Assembly (NCBI GenBank): GCA_017509485.1 | Contig: JAFWPP010000032.1 | Coordinates: forward strand, 55,961-119,960 | Direction: 5' to 3' | Length of the DNA stretch: 64,000 nucleotides | From: Oscillospiraceae bacterium | GTDB lineage: Bacteria > Bacillota > Clostridia > Oscillospirales > Oscillospiraceae | Shown here: positions 1 through 10,600 of the stretch, in pieces | How the letters are laid out: every line of letters begins with the position of its first letter | Position numbering within the stretch: position 1 is the stretch's first letter | Position numbers and translations under genes: made by a program | Notes under the pieces: model-generated | What the model was told of the DNA's origin: nothing | What the model saw: only the letters and a program-made list of their open reading frames with translations | Databases searched by the model: none

Positions 1-561
1 GTCTTCGGTCTGTCCTTTATGGCTCTGTTTTCGGCGCTGCTGATTTCCAAGGACCGCAGCTCCGCCCTGCTGCTGCGGCTCTACACCACGCCCCTGCGGC
101 CTGTGGATTACATTCTGGGCTATCTGCTGCCCATGCTGCCCATCGCCCTGGCGCAGACGGCCGTCTGCTATGTCTTCAGTTTGATCCTGGGTCTGGCCTG
201 GACGCCGCGGATCCTCCTTTGTGTGGCGCTCAGCGCTCCGGCGGCCATGGTCTTCCTCTCCGTGGGCCTGCTCTGCGGGTCCCTTCTGAACGACAAGCAG
301 GTGGGCGGCATCTGCGGCGCCCTGCTGACCAATCTCTCCGCCTGGCTTTCCGGTATTTGGTTTGACGTCAGTTTGGTGGGCGGCGTCTTCCGGAGGATCG
401 CGGAGCTGCTGCCCTTCTGGCATGCCGTGGAGCTCCAGCGCGCCGTTTACGCCGGCGACTGGGCTGTCGTCCCCGGTCACCTCTGGTGGGTCCTGGGCTG
501 GGCCGCCGCCCTCACCGCTCTGGCCGTCTGGGCCTTCCTGCGGCAGATGCGGAAGAACTGA
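1..561 (+). CDS. ABC-2 family transporter permease, C-terminal part (5' end outside window)
   Basis: Frame is open from base 1 to the stop at 561. The product is a series of hydrophobic helices (LLPMLPIALAQTAVCYVF, AMVFLSVGLLCGSLL, WWVLGWAAALTALAVWAF) typical of ABC-2 exporter permeases. A terminator follows. Confidence 0.7.
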   Translation, partial: VFGLSFMALFSALLISKDRSSALLLRLYTTPLRPVDYILGYLLPMLPIALAQTAVCYVFSLILGLAWTPRILLCVALSAPAAMVFLSVGLLCGSLLNDKQVGGICGALLTNLSAWLSGIWFDVSLVGGVFRRIAELLPFWHAVELQRAVYAGDWAVVPGHLWWVLGWAAALTALAVWAFLRQMRKN

Positions 562-578
562 ACCGCAGCTCTCCACGC

Positions 579-617
579 AAAAAGACCGTTCCCCACTGTC
601 CGGGAACGGTCTTTTTT
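579..617. terminator. Bidirectional intrinsic terminator between the convergent permease gene and typA
   Basis: AAAAAGACCGTTCCC-cactgtcc-GGGAACGGTCTTTTTT: GC-rich stem flanked by an A-run and a T-run. Confidence 0.8.
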
Positions 618-628
618 GATTCGCGTCA

Positions 629-2452
629 TCAGCCGCGCTTCTTCATCAGCTCGCGCATCCGCTGGCTGTGGTCCAGGATGCGCTTGCGCATCCGCAGGTT
701 CTGGGGCGTGACCTCCAGCAGCTCGTCGTCGGCCAGATACTCCAGGCACTGCTCCAGGGAGAAGACCCGGGGCGGAGTCAGGCGGATGGCGTCGTCGGAG
801 CCGGCGGCCCGCATATTGGTCAGCTGCTTCTTCTTGCAGACGTTGACGGTCATGTCCTCGTTGCGGCTGCAGGCGCCCACGATCATGCCGGCGTAAACCG
901 GCACGCCCGGGGAAACAAACATCTGGCCCCGGTCCTGGACGCCGCCGATGCCGTAGGCGGTGGTCTCGCCGGTCTCATGGGCCACCAGGGAGCCGGTCTT
1001 GCGGCGCTCGATCTCGCCCTTCAGGGGAGCGTAGGAGTCCAGCACGGAGGACATGACGCCCTCGCCGTGGGTGTCGGTCAGGAACTCGCTGCGGTAGCCG
1101 AAGAGACCGCGGCTCGGCACCAGGAACTCCAGGCGGTAGCGGCTGCCCATGGGGGTCATGGAGACCAGGTCGCCCTTGCGCTGGCCGATCTTCTCGATCA
1201 CGGAGCCCATGGCGTTCTCGGGCACGTCGGCCACCATCCGCTCGATGGGCTCGCATTTCACGCCGTCGACCAGCTTGGTCAGCACCCGGGGGGTGGAGAC
1301 GGAGAACTCGAAGCCCTCGCGCCGCATGGTCTCGATGAGGATGGACAGGTGCATCTCGCCCCGGCCCGCCACATTGAAGGCGTCGGTGCCCTGCTCGGTG
1401 ACATGGAGGGACACGTCCTTCAGAAGCTCCCGCTCCAGCCGGTCCCGCAGATTGCGGGAGGTGACGTATTTGCCCTCCCGGCCCGCGAAGGGGCTGTCGT
1501 TGACGGCGAAGGTCATCTCAATGGTGGGGTCGGAAATCTTCACAAAGGGCAGGGGCTCCACAGCCAGCGGGTCGCAGACCGTCCGGCCGATGGTGATGTC
1601 GGCAATGCCGGAGAAGGCCACGATCTCGCCGGCGCTGGCCTCCTGGATGGGGGTACGGCCCAGGCCGTCGAAGGCGTAGAGGGCCACGATCTTGCCCTTC
1701 TGCTGGACGGATCCGTCGTGGAAGTCGCAGATGGTGACCTCCTGGTTCTGGCGGATGGTGCCCCGCTCGATGCGGCCGATGCAGATCCGGCCCACATAGT
1801 CGTTGTAGTCCAGGCTGGACACCAGCATCTGCATGGGACCCGCGGGATCGCCCTCGGGGGCGGGGATGTAGTTCACAATGGTCTCAAAGAGGGGGATCAG
1901 GTCCTTGCCCTCCTCGTGGGGGCCGTAGGCGGAAACGCCCTGCCGGGCGGAGCAGAAGATGGTGGGGGAGTCAAACTGCTCCTCCGTGGCGTCCAGGTCC
2001 AGCAGCAGCTCCAGCACCTCGTCCATGACCTCGTCGATCCGGGCGTCGGGCCGGTCGATCTTGTTGACCACCACGATGACCTTGTGGCCCAGCTCCAGGG
2101 CCTTCTGGAGCACGAAGCGGGTCTGGGGCATGGGGCCCTCGGCGGCGTCCACCAACAGCAGCACGCCGTTGACCATCTTGAGGATGCGCTCCACCTCGCC
2201 GCCGAAATCGGCGTGGCCCGGGGTGTCCACGATGTTGATTTTATAGTCCTTATAATGGACGGCGGTGTTCTTGGCGAGGATCGTGATGCCCCGCTCCCGC
2301 TCCAGGTCGCCCGAGTCCATGACCCGATCGACGACAGCCTGGTTTTCCCGATAGATGCCGCCCTGCTTCAGCATCTCGTCCACGAGGGTGGTCTTGCCGT
2401 GGTCCACGTGGGCGATGATGGCGATATTTCTGATTTTTTCCTGTGGGATCAT
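629..2452 (-). CDS. typA: Translational GTPase TypA/BipA
   Basis: G motifs AHVDHGKTT, DTPGHADF and NKID, with full-length BipA-like sequence. Start set at ATG 2452 (MIPQEKIRN), preceded by AAGGGGAG. Confidence 0.95.
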   Translation of the reverse strand: MIPQEKIRNIAIIAHVDHGKTTLVDEMLKQGGIYRENQAVVDRVMDSGDLERERGITILAKNTAVHYKDYKINIVDTPGHADFGGEVERILKMVNGVLLLVDAAEGPMPQTRFVLQKALELGHKVIVVVNKIDRPDARIDEVMDEVLELLLDLDATEEQFDSPTIFCSARQGVSAYGPHEEGKDLIPLFETIVNYIPAPEGDPAGPMQMLVSSLDYNDYVGRICIGRIERGTIRQNQEVTICDFHDGSVQQKGKIVALYAFDGLGRTPIQEASAGEIVAFSGIADITIGRTVCDPLAVEPLPFVKISDPTIEMTFAVNDSPFAGREGKYVTSRNLRDRLERELLKDVSLHVTEQGTDAFNVAGRGEMHLSILIETMRREGFEFSVSTPRVLTKLVDGVKCEPIERMVADVPENAMGSVIEKIGQRKGDLVSMTPMGSRYRLEFLVPSRGLFGYRSEFLTDTHGEGVMSSVLDSYAPLKGEIERRKTGSLVAHETGETTAYGIGGVQDRGQMFVSPGVPVYAGMIVGACSRNEDMTVNVCKKKQLTNMRAAGSDDAIRLTPPRVFSLEQCLEYLADDELLEVTPQNLRMRKRILDHSQRMRELMKKRG

Positions 2453-2480
2453 TCTTTCTCTCCCCTTTCGCAACTCTCAG

Positions 2481-2509
2481 AATATAGCATATCCCACAAA
2501 AAAATGCAA
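2481..2509 (-). promoter_or_regulatory. Putative sigma-A promoter of typA
   Basis: On the minus strand: TTGCAT, 17 nt, TATATT, about 30 nt upstream of the typA start. Confidence 0.55.
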
Positions 2510-2582
2510 GAGGGTTTGGATACTTTTTCCGGGAAAACGCAGAAGAAATGCGGAATGACCAGCTGTCACGGCATTTTTGTAC

Positions 2583-2610
2583 TTGACAAACAAGAAAAAA
2601 CGTGTAAAAT
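2583..2610 (+). promoter_or_regulatory. Putative sigma-A promoter of the metK leader
   Basis: TTGACA (2583-2588), 16 nt, TAAAAT (2605-2610), directly upstream of the riboswitch. Confidence 0.6.
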
Positions 2611-2629
2611 ATGAGTACAATTTCATAGC

Positions 2630-2719
2630 CTTATCAAGAGTGGCGGAGGGACCGGCCCTGTGAAGCCCGGCAACCTGCATTTGCAAGGTGCCAAATCCGG
2701 CGAGAAATCGGCAGATGAG
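2630..2719 (+). promoter_or_regulatory. SAM-I (S-box) riboswitch aptamer
   Basis: CTTATCAAGAGTGGCGGAGGGACCGGCCCTGTGAAGCCCGGCAACC...GGTGCCAAATCCGGC...CAGATGAG matches the S-box core. P1 is CTTATC/GATGAG. It lies upstream of metK. Confidence 0.9.
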
Positions 2720-2740
2720 GAAGAATCGTTCAACCCGCTG

Positions 2741-2764
2741 CCGCCTTGACAAGGCGGTTTTTTC
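2741..2764 (+). terminator. Candidate riboswitch expression-platform terminator
   Basis: CCGCC-ttgacaa-GGCGG followed by TTTTTTC. The stem is short, so confidence is moderate. Confidence 0.5.
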
Positions 2765-2785
2765 TTATGAAAGGATCAAAACACT

Positions 2786-3928
<1,143 letters not shown>

Positions 3929-3945
3929 GAAGTAACCGGTAAGAA

Positions 3946-3998
3946 AGAAGTAAGAAGTAACGGGGCTCGAAACCTCTTACTTCTTACTTCTTACTTTT
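3946..3998. terminator. Bidirectional terminator-like hairpin between metK and the convergent SLH gene
   Basis: AGAAGTAAGAAGTAA-16 nt-TTACTTCTTACTTCT followed by TTTTTT. Confidence 0.6.
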
Positions 3999-4004
3999 TT
4001 CTTA

Positions 4005-5129
4005 TCACTTGCTTGCCTCGTACAGAAGGCTTGCCGCCTCGAGGCGGGTCAGGGCTGCGTCGGGAGCGTCGCTCAGGGACGCGGGGAGCACGGTATCCGT
4101 GCCGAAGACGCGAGCGGTCAGGACCACGGCCTCCTGACGGGTGATGGCCTCGTTTGGACGATAGACCAAGCCCTCGGCGCTGCGCTCCCCCTCGATCAGG
4201 CCCCGGCGCAGAGCGGAGGCCAGATAGGGACGCAGCCAGGGGGCCGCGTCCTGTGCGTCGGCAAAGGCGGAAACCTGGAGACCGATTTCCGGCTCGATGC
4301 CCTCCAGGTCCATAACCATGGCCAGGAAATCCCCGCGGCTGACGCTCTGCTCAGGGCCGAAGCTCAGGCGGTCGGAAATCAGCTCGCCGCCGAAGAGGCC
4401 GGTCTCCCGCATCCAAAGGGGCGCGAACTGTTGATCCCGGTCCAGATCCGCGTAGGTCTGGGCGTCGCTGGGCTTGCGGATCGTCACCCGGACCGTCGCC
4501 GGTTCGGAGACGTTCCCCGCCTCGTCGGCAACCGTAAAGCTGAAGCTGTCCTCCCCCACCTTGTTCTTCTTGGGCGTATAGGTGAAGCTGCCGTCGGGCT
4601 CCAGCTCCACGCTGCCCCGCCGGGGGCGGTTCTCCAGGCGGAAGCTCAGCGTTCCGGTCCCGGCAGCCCGCAGCTTGCCGGTGTTGGGCAGGTTCCGCCA
4701 GGTTTCGATCTGAGAGGGCAGCGCCTTGGGCGGCTCCGCCTCGGTCTTTTCCAGGTGGAAGGTCAGCACGGTCTGTTCGCCCAGGCAGCCCTCCTCAAAG
4801 GGCAGAAAGGTCAAGGTCGCGTCTCCGCCCTTGACAGGCTCCAGCCGCAGGCGGGAGAGATCCGCCCGGGCCACGGCGTCCCCCACCCGGAGGACCCGGC
4901 TGCCCAGCAGGACCCGCCCGCAGTCCTCCGCGGGCAGGGCCATAAAGAACACGCCCTCCAGATCGCTCCGTCGGTCCAGCTCCTCCCGGGAGAAGCAGTA
5001 GACGCCCTCCTCCAAAGGGGCCTCCGCAGGGGCCTCCACCGCCGCGTCCGCCGCGGCGGGCAAGGCCAGCGCCAGCGTCAGGGCCAGCGTCAGCAGTGCC
5101 CTGCGCAGCCAAATATGATTGCGTCGCAT
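4005..5129 (-). CDS. Secreted protein with an Ig/cadherin-like domain and C-terminal SLH repeats
   Basis: Signal peptide MRRNHIWLRRALLTLALTLALALPAAADA. Ig-like stretch GSFTYTPKKNKVGEDSFSFTVADEAGNVSEPATVRVTI. SLH-like repeats (FADAQDAAPWLRPYLASALRRGLIEG..., ITRQEAVVLTARVFG). Confidence 0.8.
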   Translation of the reverse strand: MRRNHIWLRRALLTLALTLALALPAAADAAVEAPAEAPLEEGVYCFSREELDRRSDLEGVFFMALPAEDCGRVLLGSRVLRVGDAVARADLSRLRLEPVKGGDATLTFLPFEEGCLGEQTVLTFHLEKTEAEPPKALPSQIETWRNLPNTGKLRAAGTGTLSFRLENRPRRGSVELEPDGSFTYTPKKNKVGEDSFSFTVADEAGNVSEPATVRVTIRKPSDAQTYADLDRDQQFAPLWMRETGLFGGELISDRLSFGPEQSVSRGDFLAMVMDLEGIEPEIGLQVSAFADAQDAAPWLRPYLASALRRGLIEGERSAEGLVYRPNEAITRQEAVVLTARVFGTDTVLPASLSDAPDAALTRLEAASLLYEASK

Positions 5130-5131
5130 AA

Positions 5132-5170
5132 AAAACTACCTCCTTCGATATGATCGTCGGAGGTAGTTTT
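5132..5170 (-). promoter_or_regulatory. Hairpin sequestering the Shine-Dalgarno of the SLH gene (also terminator-like)
   Basis: mRNA reads AAAACUACCUCC-15 nt-GGAGGUAGUUUU-UU-AUG. This is a perfect 12-bp stem containing the GGAGG used by the 5129 start. Confidence 0.6.
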
Positions 5171-5265
5171 CTCTGTTTTTTGGAAAGTATGCGGCCCGGG
5201 AAGACGGAAGAAGGAAAAAGTCAGCAGCAAAACGTGATCGAAGACAGCCGCTTCTTACTTCTTGC

Positions 5266-6219
5266 TTATTGCTTCTTACTTTTCTTCGCGCCAAGCTTCT
5301 GCCAGAGGGGAAAGGTCAGGGGCCAGATCGCGCCGGCAAAAACCACCATGCAGAAATAGCGCAGGGCATTCCAATAGAGATCGTCGGAGATCAGGCCGAA
5401 GAGCTTTTTCAGCACAACCCGGAGACCAACCAGGATCGCCAGGCCCAGGACCGTCTTGCAGATCTGCCCCAGCAGAGGCGCCTGCTCGGAGAAGTTCGTC
5501 TTCCGGTCCGCGGTGTAGGACACGATCAGACCCAGCACACAGCCCAGCAGGGTCCAGCCGTTCTTCAGGCCGTCAACCCAGTTGCTGCTCTTGGTAACCG
5601 GGTCCATGAGCCGCACCTCCGCGGGGAAGGGATAGAGCAGAACATAGGCCAGATAGCCCAGGGTGAGCAGCAGCATCACGAAGAGGAAGCCGTACATAAA
5701 CTTCACGCTCTCCCGGGCCTTCCGGATAATGGGATACATGAGCAGCACCGCCCCCACGCCCAGAACCAGACCCACGACGACGTCAGAGGGATAATGGGCG
5801 CCCAGGTACATCCGGGAGAAGCCCACCAGGAGCACCACGACAATCATGATCCAGCGCAGCCAGCTTCGTTTCGTCGTCCGGGCGATGCCCAGGAACGTAC
5901 AGGTCGCGCCCTGGGTATGACCGCTGGGGAAGGAGTAGCCGGTGGCGCCGCTCTGGGCGGACTCCACCACGGTGAAGGAGGGATCCCGGACCCAGGGGCG
6001 GGGGACCCGCCAGATCAGCTTCATGGTCTGGGAGAGGATGGTGCCGAGAAAGCCCGTGGTCAGCAGATAGTAGCCCTTCCACTTGTCCACACACCAGAAC
6101 AGGATGATGGCGAGCACCATGAAGACAGTCTCCTCACCCAGGAAGGTGAAGGCCTGCATGATCCAGTTCAGCACCGGATTGCGGATCGATTCCAACGCTT
6201 TCAGGATTTCCATTTCCAT
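5266..6219 (-). CDS. PAP2-family phosphatase, integral membrane
   Basis: PAP2 motifs KLIWRVPRPW, FPSGHT and SRMYLGAHYPSDV, with multiple TM helices. Confidence 0.85.
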   Translation of the reverse strand: MEMEILKALESIRNPVLNWIMQAFTFLGEETVFMVLAIILFWCVDKWKGYYLLTTGFLGTILSQTMKLIWRVPRPWVRDPSFTVVESAQSGATGYSFPSGHTQGATCTFLGIARTTKRSWLRWIMIVVVLLVGFSRMYLGAHYPSDVVVGLVLGVGAVLLMYPIIRKARESVKFMYGFLFVMLLLTLGYLAYVLLYPFPAEVRLMDPVTKSSNWVDGLKNGWTLLGCVLGLIVSYTADRKTNFSEQAPLLGQICKTVLGLAILVGLRVVLKKLFGLISDDLYWNALRYFCMVVFAGAIWPLTFPLWQKLGAKKSKKQ

Positions 6220-6282
6220 TTTGCTTTCTCCTTTGTTTCAGAGTTGATATGCTGCTGCCTCGGGCCGGCGCTTGCCCTGCAG

Positions 6283-7443
6283 TCAATAACGCGGCTGAAT
6301 ATAGGGCGACTTCGCCTCGGGATCCGGGCGCATGTGGATGCCGGAGACCACGCCCATGGCCAGGAAGACCGTGATGATGGATGAACCGCCGTAACTGATG
6401 AAGGGCAGGGTCAGGCCGATGACCGGCAGAATGCCGATGCACATACCCACGTTGATCATGATTTGGAACACCAGCATGGCGGCAATGCCGATGCAGATCA
6501 GGCGATTCATGTAATTGGGCGTGTGCATGCCCACCCAGATACAGCGGCCCACGATGGCCAGCAGCAAAAGCAGGGTGAAGAGACAGCCCAGGATCCCCAG
6601 CTCCTCGCCGATGGCGGAGAAGATGAAGTCCGTGTGCTGGGCCGCGATGGCATGGACCCCCAGCATGGTCCCCTTGAAGAGACCCTGGCCCGAGATTCCG
6701 CCGCCGGAGAGCATGGCGATGGAGCGATTGGTGTCCCAGCGAACGCCGGTGCCGTCGGGGTCGATGGTGGGATCGAAGGGCACCAGGATTCGGAGCTTCT
6801 GATTGTCCGAGAAAAAGTATTTCCACAGCAGGGGGGAGAGGGCGGCAGCCGCCAGAAAGGCCGCCAGGAACCACCAGGACCGGACCCCGCCCACGAAGGC
6901 CACCACCAGGAAGATGAAGAGGAAGACCAGGGCGGAGCCCACATCCCGGGAGATCACCACGATGAGGCCGATCATCATGACCGCCTGGATGGCGATGGAG
7001 GCCACGGATCTGACGGAGGAAATTTTGCTGCGGTTATTGCTCATGGTCTTCGCCATGGCAATGACAAAGGTGATTTTGCAGATTTCCGCGGGCTGGATGT
7101 ACACCGGCATCAGGGGCAGGTCCAGCCAGGCCCGGTTGCCCACGGAATCGCCTACGCCCCAGATCAAGAGCATGGAGATCAGCAGGACGTTGAAGGCCAG
7201 CAGCAGCTCCCGGTGCTCCGCCAGGATCTCGATATCCAACAGAGACATGGCAATGTAGATCAGGATCCCCAGCAGCAGAGAAGCGCTCTGGACCACGAGA
7301 TACCGGGAGGAGCCGCTGTAGCGGGTTGCGCTGGCGATCATGACGATGCCAAAGACCGTGGCGACCACGCACAAAAACAGCAGCAGCAGATCGCCCCGCT
7401 TAAAGAACTCCGTCAGCCCGTTCCAGATCCTGCGCAAAGCCAC
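6283..7443 (-). CDS. SEDS family protein (FtsW/RodA/SpoVE)
   Basis: 386-aa polytopic ORF with SEDS-like blocks (DLGSALVF-like DVGSALVFLFIF, HTDFIFSAIGEELG, LPFISYGGSS). The start is uncertain: the GTG at 7443 abuts GGGAGG, and the TTG at 7437 has better spacing. Confidence 0.9.
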   Translation of the reverse strand: MALRRIWNGLTEFFKRGDLLLLFLCVVATVFGIVMIASATRYSGSSRYLVVQSASLLLGILIYIAMSLLDIEILAEHRELLLAFNVLLISMLLIWGVGDSVGNRAWLDLPLMPVYIQPAEICKITFVIAMAKTMSNNRSKISSVRSVASIAIQAVMMIGLIVVISRDVGSALVFLFIFLVVAFVGGVRSWWFLAAFLAAAALSPLLWKYFFSDNQKLRILVPFDPTIDPDGTGVRWDTNRSIAMLSGGGISGQGLFKGTMLGVHAIAAQHTDFIFSAIGEELGILGCLFTLLLLLAIVGRCIWVGMHTPNYMNRLICIGIAAMLVFQIMINVGMCIGILPVIGLTLPFISYGGSSIITVFLAMGVVSGIHMRPDPEAKSPYIQPRY

Positions 7444-7492
7444 CCCTCCCTTCGGAATGCAAAATGCGAAATGAAAATGATCGGTTCTTTAT

Positions 7493-7520
7493 ATTATATC
7501 AAAAATTTTCCCTTGTGTAA
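7493..7520 (-). promoter_or_regulatory. Putative promoter of the SEDS gene
   Basis: Minus strand: TTACAC, 16 nt, TATAAT. Confidence 0.5.
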
Positions 7521-7523
7521 AGC

Positions 7524-7570
7524 AAAAAAACAGCCGACGCCCGCAGAGTTCTCCGTGCGGGCAGTCTGGC
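7524..7570 (-). terminator. Candidate terminator downstream of the 2014-aa gene
   Basis: Minus strand: GCCCGCA-cggagaactc-TGCGGGC, then gtcggctg and TTTTTTT. A second hairpin (ACGGGGCCCTC/GAGGGCCCCGT) lies at 7622-7647. Confidence 0.5.
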
Positions 7571-7660
7571 AGATTCGGATCTGGCGAACGAAAAGGTACA
7601 AGCTTCCAGGGATCTGCGGAAACGGGGCCCTCTTGCGAGGGCCCCGTCCGGGGACTTGGC

Positions 7661-10600
7661 TTATTCGGCGGGCTGGACGTAGAGCTGGAAAACGTAGTTG
7701 ACGTTGTCCTTCCAACCGTAGGTGGTAAAGCCGTTGTAGTATTCCAATGCTTGGTTCTTGTTGCCTTCCTGATAGGCGGCGTTGGTGCTGCGGACGAAGA
7801 CGGTCTTGGCGTCGGCGTCCTTGACCTGGAGGTACCAGAGGCTGTACTCGTTGGGGCTGTCCTCAAAGCTCATGCTGTTGCCGGTGGCCCCGGTGGTGAG
7901 ATACTTGCCGTTGGCCATCTTCAGATAGAAGTTGGTGCTATCGCCCTCGGGATACTCCACGGTGTAGACCGCCACGCCTGTCGCAGGCTCCAGCATGCCC
8001 TCCACGGGAGTCACGGAGACCTCGCCGACCTTATTTCCGTTCAGCGTGTCGGCCAGAGCCAGGCTCTTATCCGGGAAGTAGATGATGACCCGGTCGTTGG
8101 CAGCCAGCGCGGTGGCGGCGGCGAAGCCGTTGGTGGGGATTTCCTCCAAGCCGTCCAGGGCGGTGCGGAGGGCGTTGAGGGCTTCGGTGACCATACGCTG
8201 ATCCTTGTTGGGATCGGCCATGACGGCCTGGGCGGCGGCCAGGGCCTCGTCCAGCGCAGCCAGGGAGCTCTCCGTGTAGAGGCTGCGGTCAATGGCCTCG
8301 GCCTCGGCGACGGCGGCCTCCAGCTCGGTGGTGTCCAGCTCGTCGGCCCAGATCTCGATCTCGTCTCTGGAGCGGACGCGCAGACGCTTGATGAAGAGGC
8401 TGGGATCGATGTCGTCGCCGATCTGGCCGTCGGCGCCGCCGCTGGCCTCGTCCACGTCACGGGAGCCGATGCCCACGCCCTCGATGTTCATGCCCACGGC
8501 AATGCCGTCCAGGGCATGGGATTCCTTCTGGATATAGCCGTTGATGAAGAGCATGGCCTCCTCGCCGGAGCCGTCGTCCACGTAGATCATATCCACCACG
8601 CCGGCGGTCTCATGGAAGTCCGTGATCTTGCCGGTGATCTTCATCAGAATGCCGATGTTGTCGTCGCTCATGGCCTCGGCGCAGGTTACGGCCTTGGGTT
8701 CGATGACGGTCAGGTCGTTGGAGATGACCTTGATGGAGCCGTTGTAGTCGGTGGACAGGTTCAGCTCGATCTCGCCGCAGTAGTAGGTCACGCCGCCGTG
8801 GGCGCGGACCTTCATGCCGATGCTGTAGTATCCGGAGACGGGGAAGGCGTTGATGCCCCGGGTCTCGTCCTGGATGTAGATGCAGTCGAAGAAGGCGGTG
8901 TCCTTGTCGTAGTCGGAGGCGTTGGAGGTGACCCAGCCCTCGATGGTGAACTCCTGGCCGACCTCGCCTTTGTGGACGTCAGCGATCGGGGTGATCTCAC
9001 CGTCGAATTCGCCGTCCTTGATGAAGTCCAGGATGTTGCAGACCAGCAGGTAGTTCTCGTACTGCTGGTTGGCGGGATCGCCGTACTTCAGGTCGTAGTT
9101 GGAGATGAAGGTGGCGCCGGAGCAGACCAGCCAGCCGCCGCCGGAAAGCTTCTCGGCTGTGGCCAGTGCAAAGTCGCTGCCCATTTCAGCCATGACCAGG
9201 TCCTTCTCATAGTCGGGCACATAGGAGGAGCCGTCGAAGTTGGCCTTGTAGTTGGCAACCCAGGTGGTGGGATAGGGAGCGATCAGGGTGGTGACAGCGG
9301 TATCGGCCTTGGGCAGCTCGATCTCGGCGTTCTGCACGAACTTCTTCAGGATCACGGCGACCTGGCCGCGGGTGGCAGTGCCCTTGGGCTGGAGCATGGC
9401 GACGCCGTCCACCTTATTGCCGCTGATGAGGCCGTTGGCCACAGCCCAGCTCAGGGGCTTCTTCGCCCAGCCGCTGGCGGTGCCGGCGTCGGGGAAGCCG
9501 GACAGATCCGCTTGAGCACTGATATCCATGCCCTGGAGCTCAGCATACTTGTAAAGGAAGCTGGCCAGCTCCTGCCGGGTAACGTTGCCCTTGCGATCAA
9601 ATTTACCCTCGGCCTTGCCGCTGGTGATGCCGTTCTCAAAGGCCCAGAGGATGGCCTTGTAGGAATAATTGCCTGGCTTCACATCGTTGAAGGGATTCTC
9701 GATGGTGGGCGCGGGCTTGCCGGCCACCTGCCAAAGGATCGTGACAAACATCTCCCGGGTCAGCTTCGCGTTGGGTCCGAACTTGTCCGCGCCGGTGCCA
9801 GACATCAGGCCGTGCTCCAGCACGAAGTCCACGGCGCTGTGATACCAGCTGGTCCGCTTGACGTCGGTGAAGCGGGCGCAGGGATCCCAGGTGATGCCGG
9901 TGCCGTTGTACCACTGGTAGCGGCCGTTGGAGGAGGGAACGATGCCCTCGGTGAAGAGGTGGTCGCCCACCAGCTCCCGGCCGTCAAAGTAGACGCGGTA
10001 GGCCTCGTTGGCCTTCTTGTCGTTGTCCACCACGATGCCGCGGACGAAGCGGGTCTGGGCGCCGATGGCCTCGTTGACCATGTTGGAGAGGTTGGCGGAG
10101 GAGTAGTAATTCTCATAGGGGGCGTCCGCGGGATCGTCCGGGTCGTAGCGGTCGGACTTGGAGAAGCTCAGGATGGTACCGCCGTTGGCCGCGTAATCGG
10201 CCAGGGCCTCCAGCTCCTCGGCGGTCCAGACGGAAGGCAGGCCGTCGCCCTTGACTCTGGGCACGGTGATCAGGACGGCCTTGAAGCGGGCCAGGTTTTC
10301 CTTGGTCATCTCGCCCTTGTCGATGTACTTGCAGAGGATGCCGCGCTGGGCGCAAATGTCGATGAAGTTGCCCTCGTTGCCGGCGTAGTCGCCGGAGACG
10401 TAGAAGTTGTCGTGGCCCTTGTCCAGGCCGATGTAGGTCATCATCTCGGGGGGGTAGGAGGTCTCGGAGATGGTCTTGACATACACCAGCTCCTTGCCCT
10501 TGAAGATCACGTTAAAGGTGACGGTGATCTCGTAGGTCTTCACGGCGGCGGGATCGGTGGCAGAGGGGGTGAAGGGGACCGCAACGGTCTTCACGGTTCC

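Noticed and set aside
3946-5290. Shared AAGAAGTAAGAAG / CTTCTTACTTCTT strings at 3946-3998 and 5245-5290 as a possible repeat family.
   Set aside because: The match is short and of low complexity. One copy forms a terminator stem, and the other partly encodes a Lys-rich C-terminus. There is no evidence of a common element.
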